Positions 8,933-22,695 of a stretch of 64,000 bases of DNA are shown in pieces. Within the stretch, counting starts at the first letter, position 1. Each line of letters opens with the position of its first letter. The notes beneath the pieces are model-generated. The model was not told where the DNA came from. It searched no databases and saw nothing but the letters and a program-made list of their open reading frames with translations. This stretch comes from an uncultured bacterium (GTDB lineage Bacteria; Verrucomicrobiota; Kiritimatiellia; RFP12; CAIWXQ01), in the NCBI GenBank assembly GCA_903916675.1, contig CAIWXQ010000002.1, positions 24,421 to 88,420 on the forward strand, read 5' to 3'. The position numbers were made by a program, and so were the translations under genes.

Positions 8933-10867
8933 ATGTCTCACCGAGTCACAGATCGCGTCCTGGAGGAGATTCGCGCCCGTACGGACATCGTGGGCCTCAT
9001 CAACGCCCGCGTACCGCTCAAGCGCATGGGCGCCACGTTCAAGGCCTGCTGTCCGTTCCACAAGGAAAAGACCCCCTCCTTCCACGTCAACCCCGCGCGA
9101 CAAACCTACCACTGCTTCGGCTGCGGCGCGCACGGAGACGTGTTCAAGTTCCTCATGACGCAGGACGGCCTCGGATTCATGGATGCCGTGCGCACCCTGG
9201 CCGGACGCGCCGGCGTGGAACTCGCCGTCGAGACCGATTACGCCGCCGAAGAGCGCAACCGCCTCCTGGCCATCCACGCCGAAGCCGCCGCCTTCTACCG
9301 CCGCTGCCTGCTGCAGACGGCCGATGCCGCCGCTGCGCGCGACTACCTCGCCAGCCGCAAACTGGCTGACGACATTGCCGAACGCTTCGGCATCGGCTAC
9401 GCGCCGCGGGCGGCCAACGCCCTCGTGCGCTGGGGCGCCAAGCACGAATTCTCGCCCGAAACGCTCGTCAGCGCCGGACTGCTCGCGCCGCCCAACAACC
9501 CCGAACGGCCCGACGACTACTACGACCGCTTCCGCGGCCGCCTGATGTTCCCGATCTGCGATGTCCAGGGGCGCGTGGTGGCGTTCAGCGGTCGCGTGCT
9601 CGACCCCAAGAGCCACCCCGCCAAATACGTCAACAGCCCCGAAACACCCATCTTCGTGAAGAGCCGCGTCCTCTACGCACTCGACAAGGCCCGTGGTTCC
9701 ATCGTCAAGAGTCCCCGCCGCGAGGCCCTCGTCTGTGAAGGGCAGATCGACGTAATCCGCTGCCATTCCGCCGGATTTGACACGGCCGTGGCCTCGCAGG
9801 GCACCGCCTTCACCAAGGAACACGTGGAGTTGCTGCGCAAATACGCCGATAGCGCCCTGTTGATTTTCGACGGCGACGCCGCCGGACGCAAGGCCGCGCT
9901 GCGCACCGGCGCCCTCTTTCTCGAGACTGGCATCCCAGTGCGCGTGGCCTCGCTGCTGCCGGGAGACGACCCCGATTCGCTCCTGCGCGACAAGGGCGCG
10001 GACGCCTTCCGCGCGGCGCTGGACGCGGCCGTGTCGCTGACCGCCTTCCAGATCCGCGTGCTGCGCGAGGAGGAACGCGATCCCGAGGCCATCGACGCCG
10101 TCAGCCGCATCTCCCGGGCCGTGTTCGAGACACTGGCCACCTGCCCGCAGGCCGTTCTCCGCAGCCACCTGCTGCAAGAGGCCGCGGGGCTGCTCCACCT
10201 GCCTGCCAACGCGCTGGAATCAGACCTCGAGAGCCTGCGCCAGAAGCTCGCTTCGCGGCCATTGCCCGCGCCACGTGCGGAGGCGGCGCCGCACCGACCG
10301 ACGACACCTGCCACACCTTCTGCCACGTCATCCCGTGCGCCGGCCATTCCTGCTGCCCCAGCCGTGGAACTGCAGTTCTGCGAGCTGTTGATCCATCATG
10401 GCGAGGAACCACAGATTGCGGAGCTGGCGGACAACTTCGTGCCGGCAGAACTGCTCGTGCATGCCGACACCCGCGCCATCTACGAGGCGTGGCTGCAGGC
10501 GCGCCATGCCATGCAACAGCACTTGGAGGATCACGGAACCGCCAGCGCCAAGAAGCTGTTGGACCGCCTCGTGCGCAGCGATTCCAAGATGACCCATGCG
10601 CGCGAAGCCACCACGGCCGAGGCGGCGGACGAGTTGATCGCCCGGCTCTGGACCATGCGGCTCGAGGAGGAGCGCCGGCAGGCGACGGACGAACGCCGGC
10701 GTCTGGTGATCACGCAACTGTTGACGGTCCTGAAGCAGCCGAAGGATCGACAGACGCTCCATGAGGCGCTGGCCACGGAAGCCGCGCGTCTCGGACATCA
10801 GCCATCGCCAACCCTTACACCGGCGCCGGAAGCCAGCGGGGATTCTTCCCCAGACGCGCCATTCTGA
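8933..10867 (+). CDS. dnaG: DNA primase
   Basis: ATG at 8933 (MSHRVTDRVLEEIRARTDIV...). Zinc-binding motif CPFHKEKTPSFHV...YHCFGCGAHGD and TOPRIM (EGQIDVIR...FDGDAAG). Confidence 0.9.
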   Translation: MSHRVTDRVLEEIRARTDIVGLINARVPLKRMGATFKACCPFHKEKTPSFHVNPARQTYHCFGCGAHGDVFKFLMTQDGLGFMDAVRTLAGRAGVELAVETDYAAEERNRLLAIHAEAAAFYRRCLLQTADAAAARDYLASRKLADDIAERFGIGYAPRAANALVRWGAKHEFSPETLVSAGLLAPPNNPERPDDYYDRFRGRLMFPICDVQGRVVAFSGRVLDPKSHPAKYVNSPETPIFVKSRVLYALDKARGSIVKSPRREALVCEGQIDVIRCHSAGFDTAVASQGTAFTKEHVELLRKYADSALLIFDGDAAGRKAALRTGALFLETGIPVRVASLLPGDDPDSLLRDKGADAFRAALDAAVSLTAFQIRVLREEERDPEAIDAVSRISRAVFETLATCPQAVLRSHLLQEAAGLLHLPANALESDLESLRQKLASRPLPAPRAEAAPHRPTTPATPSATSSRAPAIPAAPAVELQFCELLIHHGEEPQIAELADNFVPAELLVHADTRAIYEAWLQARHAMQQHLEDHGTASAKKLLDRLVRSDSKMTHAREATTAEAADELIARLWTMRLEEERRQATDERRRLVITQLLTVLKQPKDRQTLHEALATEAARLGHQPSPTLTPAPEASGDSSPDAPF

Positions 10868-10939
10868 TGGCTGCGGTTGCGTGCAAGCCGGCCGCTTTCC
10901 GACGAACACCACCGGGCATCGCCCGCAGCTACCGCGAGC

Positions 10940-11347
10940 TCACCCTTGCGCCTGCTGCTGCGGCGACGGCGCAAGCCGGACGTGCAGGGGGTAGCGCAGT
11001 CGGAGTTGGCGCTCGAGCTGGATTTCGACCCAGTGCGGCCCGGCAGATTGGAACTGCACGTTGGCGAAGACCTCGACGGTGGTGGCGATCTGGTTCTCGT
11101 CCGGCAGTGTGATGGGCACGGACTGCCCTTCGCAGATCGGCCGAGCGCCATCCGGCCCCACAATGCGCGATTGCTGCGCAAACGTCCCCTTGCCGCAGCA
11201 CCAGCGGTTGACCAAGCAGAGCCGAGGGAAGACGCCCGGAAACTGTGCAAGAAAAAGGCCATCAAAGATGCCGATGAGGATGAACTTGCCGTTGCGTTCC
11301 TGACGCACATCGTCGCACAGCAGACTGGCTTGCAGATCGGGAAACAT
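10940..11347 (-). CDS. Small uncharacterised protein, apparently co-transcribed with ptsHI
   Basis: 135 aa. A GGAG Shine-Dalgarno lies 6 nt upstream of the ATG, which is 10 nt after the ptsI stop. No catalytic motif recognised. Confidence 0.6.
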   Translation of the reverse strand: MFPDLQASLLCDDVRQERNGKFILIGIFDGLFLAQFPGVFPRLCLVNRWCCGKGTFAQQSRIVGPDGARPICEGQSVPITLPDENQIATTVEVFANVQFQSAGPHWVEIQLERQLRLRYPLHVRLAPSPQQQAQG

Positions 11348-11356
11348 AGGCGGCTC

Positions 11357-13144
11357 CTACACCAGCTCCAGCAGTTCCGGCGCGCGGCGGCGGATGAATT
11401 CGCGGCAGAGGCGCTGCACCTCGCCGGCGGTGTTCGCGCGCAGGGCCGACTCGGCCAACTTCTGCGCCTCGGCAAGGGGCGTCTTGCGGATCACATCCTT
11501 GACCGCGGGCAGCGCGACCGGTGCCATGCTCAATTCGTCGATCCCCATGCCCAGCAGCAGCATAGCCAGCATCGGATCCGCGGCCATCTCGCCGCAGACG
11601 CCGACCCAAAGGTCGTGCCGGTGGCCGGCGTCGATGGTCAGCTGGATCAGCCGCAGCACAGAGGGGTGCGTGGGTTGGTAGAGATGAATCACGCTGTCGT
11701 TGACGCGGTCCACGGCCAGCGTGTACTGGATGAGGTCGTTGGTGCCGATACAGAAGAAGTCCACATGCTCTGCGAGCGTGTCAGCCGTAAGCGCTGCGGA
11801 GGGGATCTCGATCATGGCGCCAACGGGGATGTTGCGGTCGTAGGGGGTGCCCTCGATATCGAGTTCGCGCTGGCAGGAGCGGAGCAGGTCGTTGGCCTGC
11901 TTGAGCTCGCTGACGTCGCTGATCATGGGATACATCACCTGCACGTTGCCGACGGCGCTGGCGTGCAGGATGGCGCGCAGCTGGGCGCGGAAGACTTCCG
12001 GATGGCGCAGCAGGTAGCGGATGGAGCGGATGCCGAGGAACGGATTGGCCTCGCGGCGGTCGCCGGAGATCCCCATGAACTTGTCGCCGCCGAGGTCCAA
12101 CGCGCGGATGATGACCGGCTTACCTTTCATGGCGCGAGCGGCCTCCGTGTAGACCTCGATCTGCTCAGCCTCCGTGGCGGGGCGGTTGCGGGTCAGCCAA
12201 AGGTATTCCGTGCGATAGAGGCCGATCCCCTCGGCGCCATGATCGAGGACCGAGGAACATTCCGAGTTATTCTCGATGTTGGCGTGCAGATGGATCGTGC
12301 GGCCGTCGGGCGTCACGCCCGGGAGGTCGCGCAACTGGCGCAGGTCCAATTCCACGCGGCGGCGGACTGCGGCGATCTTGTGAAATGACTCCAGGTCCTG
12401 CCGCGAGGGGCGCAGCACGACGATGCCGCGCGCGCCGTCGATCAGGACCTCGTCGCCGGTGCGCACCTCGGCAGAGAAGTTGTGGAGGCCCACCACCGCC
12501 GGAATCTCGAGGGCGCGGGCCAGCAGCGCCGCGTGGGAGGTGGCGCTGCCGCGGTCCATGACAAACCCGAGCACGCGGTCACGCGGCAGCAGCACGGTCT
12601 CGGAGGGGGTGAGCGCATCGGCCACGATCACGCAGGGGCGGTCGAGATCGCGCGGCACCATGTCGGGAATGCCCAGCAGGTTGCGGATGAGTCGCCGCGC
12701 AACATCATGAATGTCGGCCGCGCGTTCCCGAAGATATTCGTCCGAAAGCAGGGCGAGCGTGTGGGCCAGCTGGTCGGCGACGATACGCACAGCCGATTCG
12801 GCGTTGCACGCCTCGACACGGATGACATCGAGGATCTTCTCGGAGAACTGCGGATCACCGAGGGCCATCAGGTGAGAGTCGAAGATGGCAGCCTCGTTGC
12901 CGGAAACACGCGCACGAACTTCCTCGCGCAGTGCGGCCAGCTGGTCGCGCGTGGCAGCCAGCGCCTCAGCAAAGCGCGCGACTTCGAGCTCCGCGTTTCC
13001 GGAAGCCACCAAGTCGCCGGGGATTTCGTCGACACTGCCGCGGATCACAAGCGCAGGGCCGAAGGCGACGCCAGCGGCGGCGCCAACGCCTCGCCAGACG
13101 GCGGCCTCGGCGCCGGGATGCGGTTTGTTACCGTCACTGCTCAT
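11357..13144 (-). CDS. ptsI: Phosphoenolpyruvate-protein phosphotransferase (PTS Enzyme I)
   Basis: 595 aa. Phospho-His region GSATSHAALLARALEIPAVVG and a PEP-utilising TIM-barrel C-terminus (GLYRTEYLW...FFCIGTNDLIQY). Confidence 0.9.
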   Translation of the reverse strand: MSSDGNKPHPGAEAAVWRGVGAAAGVAFGPALVIRGSVDEIPGDLVASGNAELEVARFAEALAATRDQLAALREEVRARVSGNEAAIFDSHLMALGDPQFSEKILDVIRVEACNAESAVRIVADQLAHTLALLSDEYLRERAADIHDVARRLIRNLLGIPDMVPRDLDRPCVIVADALTPSETVLLPRDRVLGFVMDRGSATSHAALLARALEIPAVVGLHNFSAEVRTGDEVLIDGARGIVVLRPSRQDLESFHKIAAVRRRVELDLRQLRDLPGVTPDGRTIHLHANIENNSECSSVLDHGAEGIGLYRTEYLWLTRNRPATEAEQIEVYTEAARAMKGKPVIIRALDLGGDKFMGISGDRREANPFLGIRSIRYLLRHPEVFRAQLRAILHASAVGNVQVMYPMISDVSELKQANDLLRSCQRELDIEGTPYDRNIPVGAMIEIPSAALTADTLAEHVDFFCIGTNDLIQYTLAVDRVNDSVIHLYQPTHPSVLRLIQLTIDAGHRHDLWVGVCGEMAADPMLAMLLLGMGIDELSMAPVALPAVKDVIRKTPLAEAQKLAESALRANTAGEVQRLCREFIRRRAPELLELV

Positions 13145-13430
13145 CGGGGATGTCGAACTTGCGCGCGATCAATCCCTGCAGCTCGTCGAGGACTTCCCTG
13201 GCCTGCGGCCCGGAGGCCGACACGCGCAACGTCGAACCACAGGCGGCATCCAGCGTCATCAGGGCCATAATGCTCTTGCCGGAAACCACGCTGCCGTCCT
13301 TCTCGACCTGGACATCGGCGTCGAAGCGCGAGGCAACCTTGGCGAACAGCCCCGCCGGCCGCACGTGCATGCCGTAACGGTTGCGCAGGACAAAATCGCG
13401 CGTTTCTCGCTGTTCTCCGGTGGCACTCAT
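13134..13430 (-). CDS. ptsH: HPr-family phosphocarrier protein
   Basis: 98 aa. Active-site GMHVRPA (His) and GKSIMALMTL (regulatory Ser position). Overlaps the ptsI start by 11 nt. Confidence 0.85.
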   Translation of the reverse strand: MSATGEQRETRDFVLRNRYGMHVRPAGLFAKVASRFDADVQVEKDGSVVSGKSIMALMTLDAACGSTLRVSASGPQAREVLDELQGLIARKFDIPDEQ

Positions 13431-13603
13431 CTCTGGTCGCTCTCCGCCGGCGCCGCCTCCGCGGCACCTGTTCCGGTCCTTCGCCAGCAGGGCACTGCCC
13501 TGCCGAGGCGGACACCCCGTGTGCCCACACTATTCACAAAAAAATGCCCGAGTGCAACAGGAATGAGGGGCGTCGACCAAAAAACTCCGGCCTCGGGGAT
13601 TGG

Positions 13604-13912
13604 CTAGGTCCGCTGATGAATGGCGATCACTTTCTCGCGGTGCTTGCGCAACTGTTTCTCGACCTTGGCGTACGCCAGATCGATGCCAGCCACGAGGTCG
13701 TCGCAGACCTCCCGGGCCTCGACCCGCGCCACGTCCTTATGTTGCACGACGAATTCCGCGGTGAACTGGTGCCGCTGCATGTCCAGGATGATGTGAATGT
13801 GTTCGGTCTTGGGAAATTCGGCCAACAGTTGCTCCGCCTTGCGGTGCGCCAATTCCTGCTGTGCCTGGCTGATCTGCAGATGACGGGCGGTGATTTCGAT
13901 GGACATATGCAT
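13604..13912 (-). CDS. hpf: Ribosome hibernation promoting factor (short HPF/RaiA family)
   Basis: 102 aa. MSIEITARHLQISQAQQELAHRKAEQL...KVEKQLRKHREK is the typical sigma-54-modulation/HPF pattern. Confidence 0.85.
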   Translation of the reverse strand: MHMSIEITARHLQISQAQQELAHRKAEQLLAEFPKTEHIHIILDMQRHQFTAEFVVQHKDVARVEAREVCDDLVAGIDLAYAKVEKQLRKHREKVIAIHQRT

Positions 13913-13952
13913 CCTCCTGATTTGTTATTCGCTCCGGCGCACGGTGCCGGTC

Positions 13953-14705
13953 TCACATGCGAAAGCTGCGCCCGAGGTACAGTTCCCGGGCCGCCTCGTC
14001 GTTGATCAGAAACTCGCTGGTCCCCTCGCGCAGGACCTTCCCCTCGTAAACCAGGTAGGCCCGGTCCACGATGGCCAGCGTCTCACGCACGTTGTGGTCG
14101 GTCACGATGATTCCCAGGCCACGGCCGCGCAACCCCTTGATGATCTCCTGGATGTCGTTGACAGCCAGCGGATCCACCCCGCTGAACGGCTCGTCGAGCA
14201 TCAGGATAGCGGGTCGGCGCACCAGCGCGCGGGCGATCTCGAGCTTGCGGCGCTCGCCGCCGCTGAGCGTGTAGGCGCGCTGCTTCGCGACGCGTGTCAG
14301 CGAAAGCTGCTCCAGCAACTCGTCCAGCCGCGCACGCCGCTGCGCCATCGGGAGCGCAAGCGTCTCCAGAATCGCCAGTAAATTCTCCTCCACGGTCAGC
14401 TTGCGAAAGACCGACGCCTCCTGCGCCAGGTATCCCAGCCCCATGCGCGCGCGCCGGAAGACCGGCAGGCGGGATATGTTCTGGCCGCGGAAAATCACCC
14501 GCCCGCTGTTGGGGCGCACCAGCCCCACGATCATGTAGAAGCTGGTGGTCTTGCCCGCGCCGTTGGGGCCGAGCAACCCGACCACCTCGCCGCACCGCAC
14601 ACGCATCGACACGCCGTTGACTACCGGCCGGCCCCGGTATTGTTTGACCAGATCCACGGCCTCCAGATCGGCCGGCGCGAGCGTTGTCCTGTCGGCCTGG
14701 GTCAC
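13953..14705 (-). CDS. lptB: LPS export ABC transporter ATP-binding protein
   Basis: GTG start at 14705-14703 overlapping the lptA stop (GTGA). Walker A GPNGAGKTT, signature LSGGERRKLE, Walker B ILMLDEPF. The longer 451-aa ORF in the track is an upstream run-on. Confidence 0.9.
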   Translation of the reverse strand: MTQADRTTLAPADLEAVDLVKQYRGRPVVNGVSMRVRCGEVVGLLGPNGAGKTTSFYMIVGLVRPNSGRVIFRGQNISRLPVFRRARMGLGYLAQEASVFRKLTVEENLLAILETLALPMAQRRARLDELLEQLSLTRVAKQRAYTLSGGERRKLEIARALVRRPAILMLDEPFSGVDPLAVNDIQEIIKGLRGRGLGIIVTDHNVRETLAIVDRAYLVYEGKVLREGTSEFLINDEAARELYLGRSFRM

Positions 14706-15265
14706 GGCTTGATTTCCCTGTTCTTCATGGTTTCCGGCGAGAGGCTGACGCGCCCGCCGCCTTCGATGATGACACGCTGGTCGTTCTGGAAGACCGTGAT
14801 TCTGGCTCCAGTCACGCGGTCCGCGCCGCGGGTCAGCACGGGGTTGCCCGTCATCACGATCTCGCCGGTGGCGTGCTCGTAGACGGCGCGATCGCAGGTG
14901 GCATGGCGGTCGGGCTGCATGCCGTCCACGTTTCCAATGGCCATGACGCGCTTGATCTGGTTTGTCCCCTCGAGAAAGACCAACATGCGGTCGCACGTCA
15001 TCGTAAAGCGCGGGTCCGTGACCTTCACGTGGTCGTCGAACGCGATGATCAGTTCCTTGTAATCGTACTCGATCCGGTCGGAGACGATTGTCATGCCGCT
15101 GGCGTTCGTCTGGGCGGAACCCAGCATACTGAACAACGGGTTGGCGCCGCTCTTGAGCGGCTTCACGGCCGCCGCGGCAGACGTCACATTCGTCGCCTCC
15201 TGCACCTGCGCCAGCAGTCCACCGCTTGCGAGACAGACGCCGATGATCCAGTTTGCCAACTTCAC
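14702..15265 (-). CDS. lptA: LptA/OstA-like periplasmic LPS transport protein
   Basis: GTG at 15265-15263 preceded by GGAGG. Signal peptide (KLANWIIGVCLASGGLLAQV) and OstA_N-like beta-jellyroll repeats (TIVSDRIEYDYKE...VMTGNPVLTRGADRVTGARI). Confidence 0.7.
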   Translation of the reverse strand: MKLANWIIGVCLASGGLLAQVQEATNVTSAAAAVKPLKSGANPLFSMLGSAQTNASGMTIVSDRIEYDYKELIIAFDDHVKVTDPRFTMTCDRMLVFLEGTNQIKRVMAIGNVDGMQPDRHATCDRAVYEHATGEIVMTGNPVLTRGADRVTGARITVFQNDQRVIIEGGGRVSLSPETMKNREIKP

Positions 15266-15903
15266 TTCGTGGTTCCTCCGAAAAGATTTGTCGGTTGCGA
15301 ATCGCCAACAGCAGCGGGCCGCGGCGTCTTTGCCGCTGGCCCAGGGATCTGGATTCCCTGCCGCAGCGTGACTACACCGTTGGAGAGGATCCGCATCTGC
15401 CGCGTGGTCATGGTCCAGTACAATCCGGTACCGCTGATGGTGGCATTGGTGCGGATCAACTGGACGGAGCTCGGACAATAGCCGCGCTTCGCATTGCGGT
15501 CGTAGAGACAACTCTCCGCATCCGCGCGGCCGTCCGGCGCGCCAGCCGGGTCGAGCATTTCTACCTGCACCTGCCACGCCCAGATCAGGCCGGTGGCCCC
15601 GAGGAAGGCCTTGTCGGCGTGCAACACCGCGCGGATACGGCCATTCTCGTAGTGCTCAACAGGCAGCGTGAGGTGTTCCACGGGGTTGGCGTTCGCGTCC
15701 GGATGCCGGCGCCAGGTTTCCGCCAAATCGGCCCATTCCGTGGCATTCGTGACCAGCGCGTCCGGCTCCAGCCAAGCCGGCAGCACGCCGCTGACAGCCG
15801 ACGCAGGCGTGTTCGTGGTCGCCATAGCGCAGGCCGACGCCAGCGCCATGCATGCCGCCATGCCGAGCCACTGCGGGCGCGCAACTTCAGCCCACCACGT
15901 CAT
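15262..15903 (-). CDS. LptC-like protein (tentative)
   Basis: 213 aa with an N-terminal hydrophobic segment, sitting between kdsA and lptA. C-terminal ISGTGLYWTMTTRQMRILSNGVV resembles the LptC terminal strands. The start could be the internal ATG at 15861. Confidence 0.5.
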   Translation of the reverse strand: MTWWAEVARPQWLGMAACMALASACAMATTNTPASAVSGVLPAWLEPDALVTNATEWADLAETWRRHPDANANPVEHLTLPVEHYENGRIRAVLHADKAFLGATGLIWAWQVQVEMLDPAGAPDGRADAESCLYDRNAKRGYCPSSVQLIRTNATISGTGLYWTMTTRQMRILSNGVVTLRQGIQIPGPAAKTPRPAAVGDSQPTNLFGGTTK

Positions 15904-16702
15904 GAATCTCCCTTAACACGCGCCAGACTTCCGGCAAGTCGCGGAACGCAATGGCGTTTGCCTTGTCCGACAGCGCCTCGACCGGGTTCACATGCGTCTC
16001 CATAAACACGCCGTCGCACGCACCCGTGGCCACCGCCGCCCGCGCCAAGGCCGGCGCCCAACGGCCGTCGCCGCCACTCGACTTTCCGTCACCGCCGGGG
16101 CGTTGGACGCTGTGCGTCGCGTCGAACACCACCGGATAGCCGAACTCGCGCAGGATCAGCAGGCTTCGCATGTCCGCCACAAGGTTATGATAGCCGAAAC
16201 TCGCGCCACGTTCAGTCAAAATGATCTTCCGGTTGCCGCAGTGCTCAATCTTAGCGATGGCATGGGCCATGTCCTCGGGTGCCAGAAACTGTCCCTTCTT
16301 GATGTTGACAACGCGCCCGGTCCTGGCGGCAGCCACCAGCAGGTCGGTCTGCCGGCAGAGGAACGCCGGGATCTGCAGGATGTCCGCCACCTCAGCCACG
16401 GGCTCGGCCTGACACGGCTCATGGATGTCCGTCAGCACCGGCACGCCATAGCGCCGCTTGACCTCAGCCAGCACGGCCAGCCCCTCTTTCAGGCCAGGAC
16501 CGCGATACGAGTCGACGGAGGTCCGGTTGGCCTTGTCGAATGACGCCTTGAAGACCAGCGGCACCTTCATCCGGCGCGCCAAGCGCACCAACCGTCCGGC
16601 CAAGTCGAGGCATCCTTCGCGCGATTCGATCACGCATGGCCCGGCAATGAAGGCCAGCTTGCCGTTGCCGAAGGTTACGTCGCCTGCTTTGACTTTCTGC
16701 AT
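15887..16702 (-). CDS. kdsA: 3-deoxy-8-phosphooctulonate (KDO-8-P) synthase
   Basis: Start chosen at MQKVKAGDVTFGNG (16702). GPCVIES...FKASFDKANRTS...DATHSVQ motifs. Confidence 0.9.
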   Translation of the reverse strand: MQKVKAGDVTFGNGKLAFIAGPCVIESREGCLDLAGRLVRLARRMKVPLVFKASFDKANRTSVDSYRGPGLKEGLAVLAEVKRRYGVPVLTDIHEPCQAEPVAEVADILQIPAFLCRQTDLLVAAARTGRVVNIKKGQFLAPEDMAHAIAKIEHCGNRKIILTERGASFGYHNLVADMRSLLILREFGYPVVFDATHSVQRPGGDGKSSGGDGRWAPALARAAVATGACDGVFMETHVNPVEALSDKANAIAFRDLPEVWRVLREIHDVVG

Positions 16703-16822
16703 AACCAATGCCCGATTTGTCTGTCCGCCAACGGAAGAAACCACTTCCCGCTTCTCTCGGGGGTCGGCGTCGGTATCGGAATCGATATCGAACCTTCCTT
16801 CGACCCCGACGTTGTTTCAAGA

Positions 16823-17566
16823 TTACAAACGCAACTTGCGCAAGGCAGCCTCAACATACCCGACATCCTCGGGCGTGTCCACCCCCACCCCGGCGTGGTC
16901 CGTGTCGATCACGCCGATCCGGCCGCCGATGTGCATGGCGCGGAGTTGTTCCAGCGATTCAGCCTTCTCCAGAGGACAGGGCGGCTCCTGCACCAGCCGC
17001 TTCAGGAAACCACCGCGGTAGGCGTAGATGCCGATGTGGCGCCGGTAGAGGCCGGAAGTGAGGTCCGGCTCGCCATCGCGCGTGCAGGGGATCGGCAGGC
17101 GCGAGAAGTAGAGCGCCACGCCCTCGCGATCCGTAACAACCTTCGCCACGCTGCGGGCATCGAGGTCGCGGCGATTAGTGATGAAAGCAGCGGCCGTGGC
17201 CATGGACCAGTGCGGGTGCGAAAGGAGGCTCTGCACCAACGCGTCGATCAGGGCCGGGTCGATCAACGGCTCGTCGCCCTGGATATTGACGACGATGTCG
17301 TCGTCCGCCGGCTGCGCGGCCTCGGCCACGCGGTCCGTGCCAGAGGGGTGGTCCGAACGCGTCAGCACGGCGCGCGCACCGGTCCCCTGCACCACGTCGG
17401 CAATCCGCGGGTCGTCCGTGGCGACCAGCACCTCCTGCAGCAGCTTTGCGCGCTTTGCGGCAGCCACCACCCATGTCACCAGCGGCTTTCCCAGGATCGG
17501 GTGCAAGCTCTTCCCGGGAAACCGCGTCGAACCCCAACGCGACGGAATCACGCCGATCATGCGCAT
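16823..17566 (-). CDS. kdsB: 3-deoxy-manno-octulosonate cytidylyltransferase (CMP-KDO synthetase)
   Basis: Start chosen at MRMIGVIPSRWGSTRFPGK (17566). ...NIQGDEP... motif. Confidence 0.9.
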   Translation of the reverse strand: MRMIGVIPSRWGSTRFPGKSLHPILGKPLVTWVVAAAKRAKLLQEVLVATDDPRIADVVQGTGARAVLTRSDHPSGTDRVAEAAQPADDDIVVNIQGDEPLIDPALIDALVQSLLSHPHWSMATAAAFITNRRDLDARSVAKVVTDREGVALYFSRLPIPCTRDGEPDLTSGLYRRHIGIYAYRGGFLKRLVQEPPCPLEKAESLEQLRAMHIGGRIGVIDTDHAGVGVDTPEDVGYVEAALRKLRL

Positions 17567-17801
17567 GCGCACGCTCCTCAAAACCGTGTTGCTGTCGTGG
17601 ATTCTCCGGCCTTCGCGGAGAGGAGTCAAGCGCGGGGTGGAGAATGCAGGGAGCGCGGGCGCCCCGCCCGACCCCTCGGAATTAGAAATTACGGATTACG
17701 AATGGGCCCCACCAAGAGATTATTTTTTGCGCGGGTTTGCATGGGGCAGGTGCCCGAGCGTTGGCAGTAGCGACTGATAAGGCGTGCTTACAGCCTTGCC
17801 C

Positions 17802-18326
17802 CTACTTTCCCATCCACCATATCGCGGTCCAGTAAATGGCGTGATTGATGGCCAAGGCGTAGAGGCAAGCGATGAAATCGTCAATGACAATGCCCAGGCC
17901 GCCATTGAGGTCCTGGAGGCGGCTGGCAGGCGGCGGCTTAATCACATCGCAGGCGCGGTTGACCACAAAAGCGATGGGCAGCATCCACGGCGCGGCGACG
18001 AGCGGCAGGCCGATGGTGCAGACCGGGAAGGTCCAGGTTTCGTCGGCCACGATGCGGCCGTCGTCCTTGACGCCGAACATCTTCTCAGCCACATCGCAGA
18101 TCGGGATGGCCAGAGCGCTGAGCGCCAGCGCGGCCATCACCTGTCCCGCCACCTGCCATGCCGGCGCGGCATGGGATCGCTGCGAGAGCACGGCTGCGAC
18201 GTAGGAGAGCAGCGCGCCGGGGATGGCGCCGAAGGAACCGGAAGCGACGGGCGCGTAGCCGAGCCCGAAGGTAGTCGCCACCCACAACGTGAGACGATCG
18301 AGTCGGCTCATGCGATAAAAATCCAT
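17802..18326 (-). CDS. pgpA: Phosphatidylglycerophosphatase A
   Basis: Start chosen at MDFYRMSRLDRL (18326). TTFGLGYAPVASGSFGAIPG and DVIKPPP...GGLGIVIDD are PgpA hallmarks. Confidence 0.8.
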   Translation of the reverse strand: MDFYRMSRLDRLTLWVATTFGLGYAPVASGSFGAIPGALLSYVAAVLSQRSHAAPAWQVAGQVMAALALSALAIPICDVAEKMFGVKDDGRIVADETWTFPVCTIGLPLVAAPWMLPIAFVVNRACDVIKPPPASRLQDLNGGLGIVIDDFIACLYALAINHAIYWTAIWWMGK

Positions 18327-18408
18327 GGCTGTGTCTCCTAGCACCCGCGGCGGGTAGCTCGACCTAACCCACCAGCGGCGTCCAGTATAGCGTCCTGCGG
18401 GGGCGGAG

Positions 18409-18443
18409 GAAAAGAAAACCGGCCGGGCTTGCGACCCGGCCGG
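18409..18443 (-). terminator. Intrinsic terminator downstream of rpoC
   Basis: On the minus strand: ccggccggg-tcgcaag-cccggccgg (9-bp GC stem, 18443-18419) followed by ttttcttttc. Confidence 0.65.
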
Positions 18444-18470
18444 CGGATGTGCAGCGCGCATAGCTCTGTG

Positions 18471-22667
<4,197 letters not shown>

Positions 22668-22695
22668 GGTCGCCTCCCGTTACCGTGTCCGTTGA

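Noticed and set aside
13560-13603. Possible intrinsic terminator after hpf (T6 run on the minus strand).
   Set aside because: The preceding sequence forms only a 3-bp stem, which is insufficient to call.
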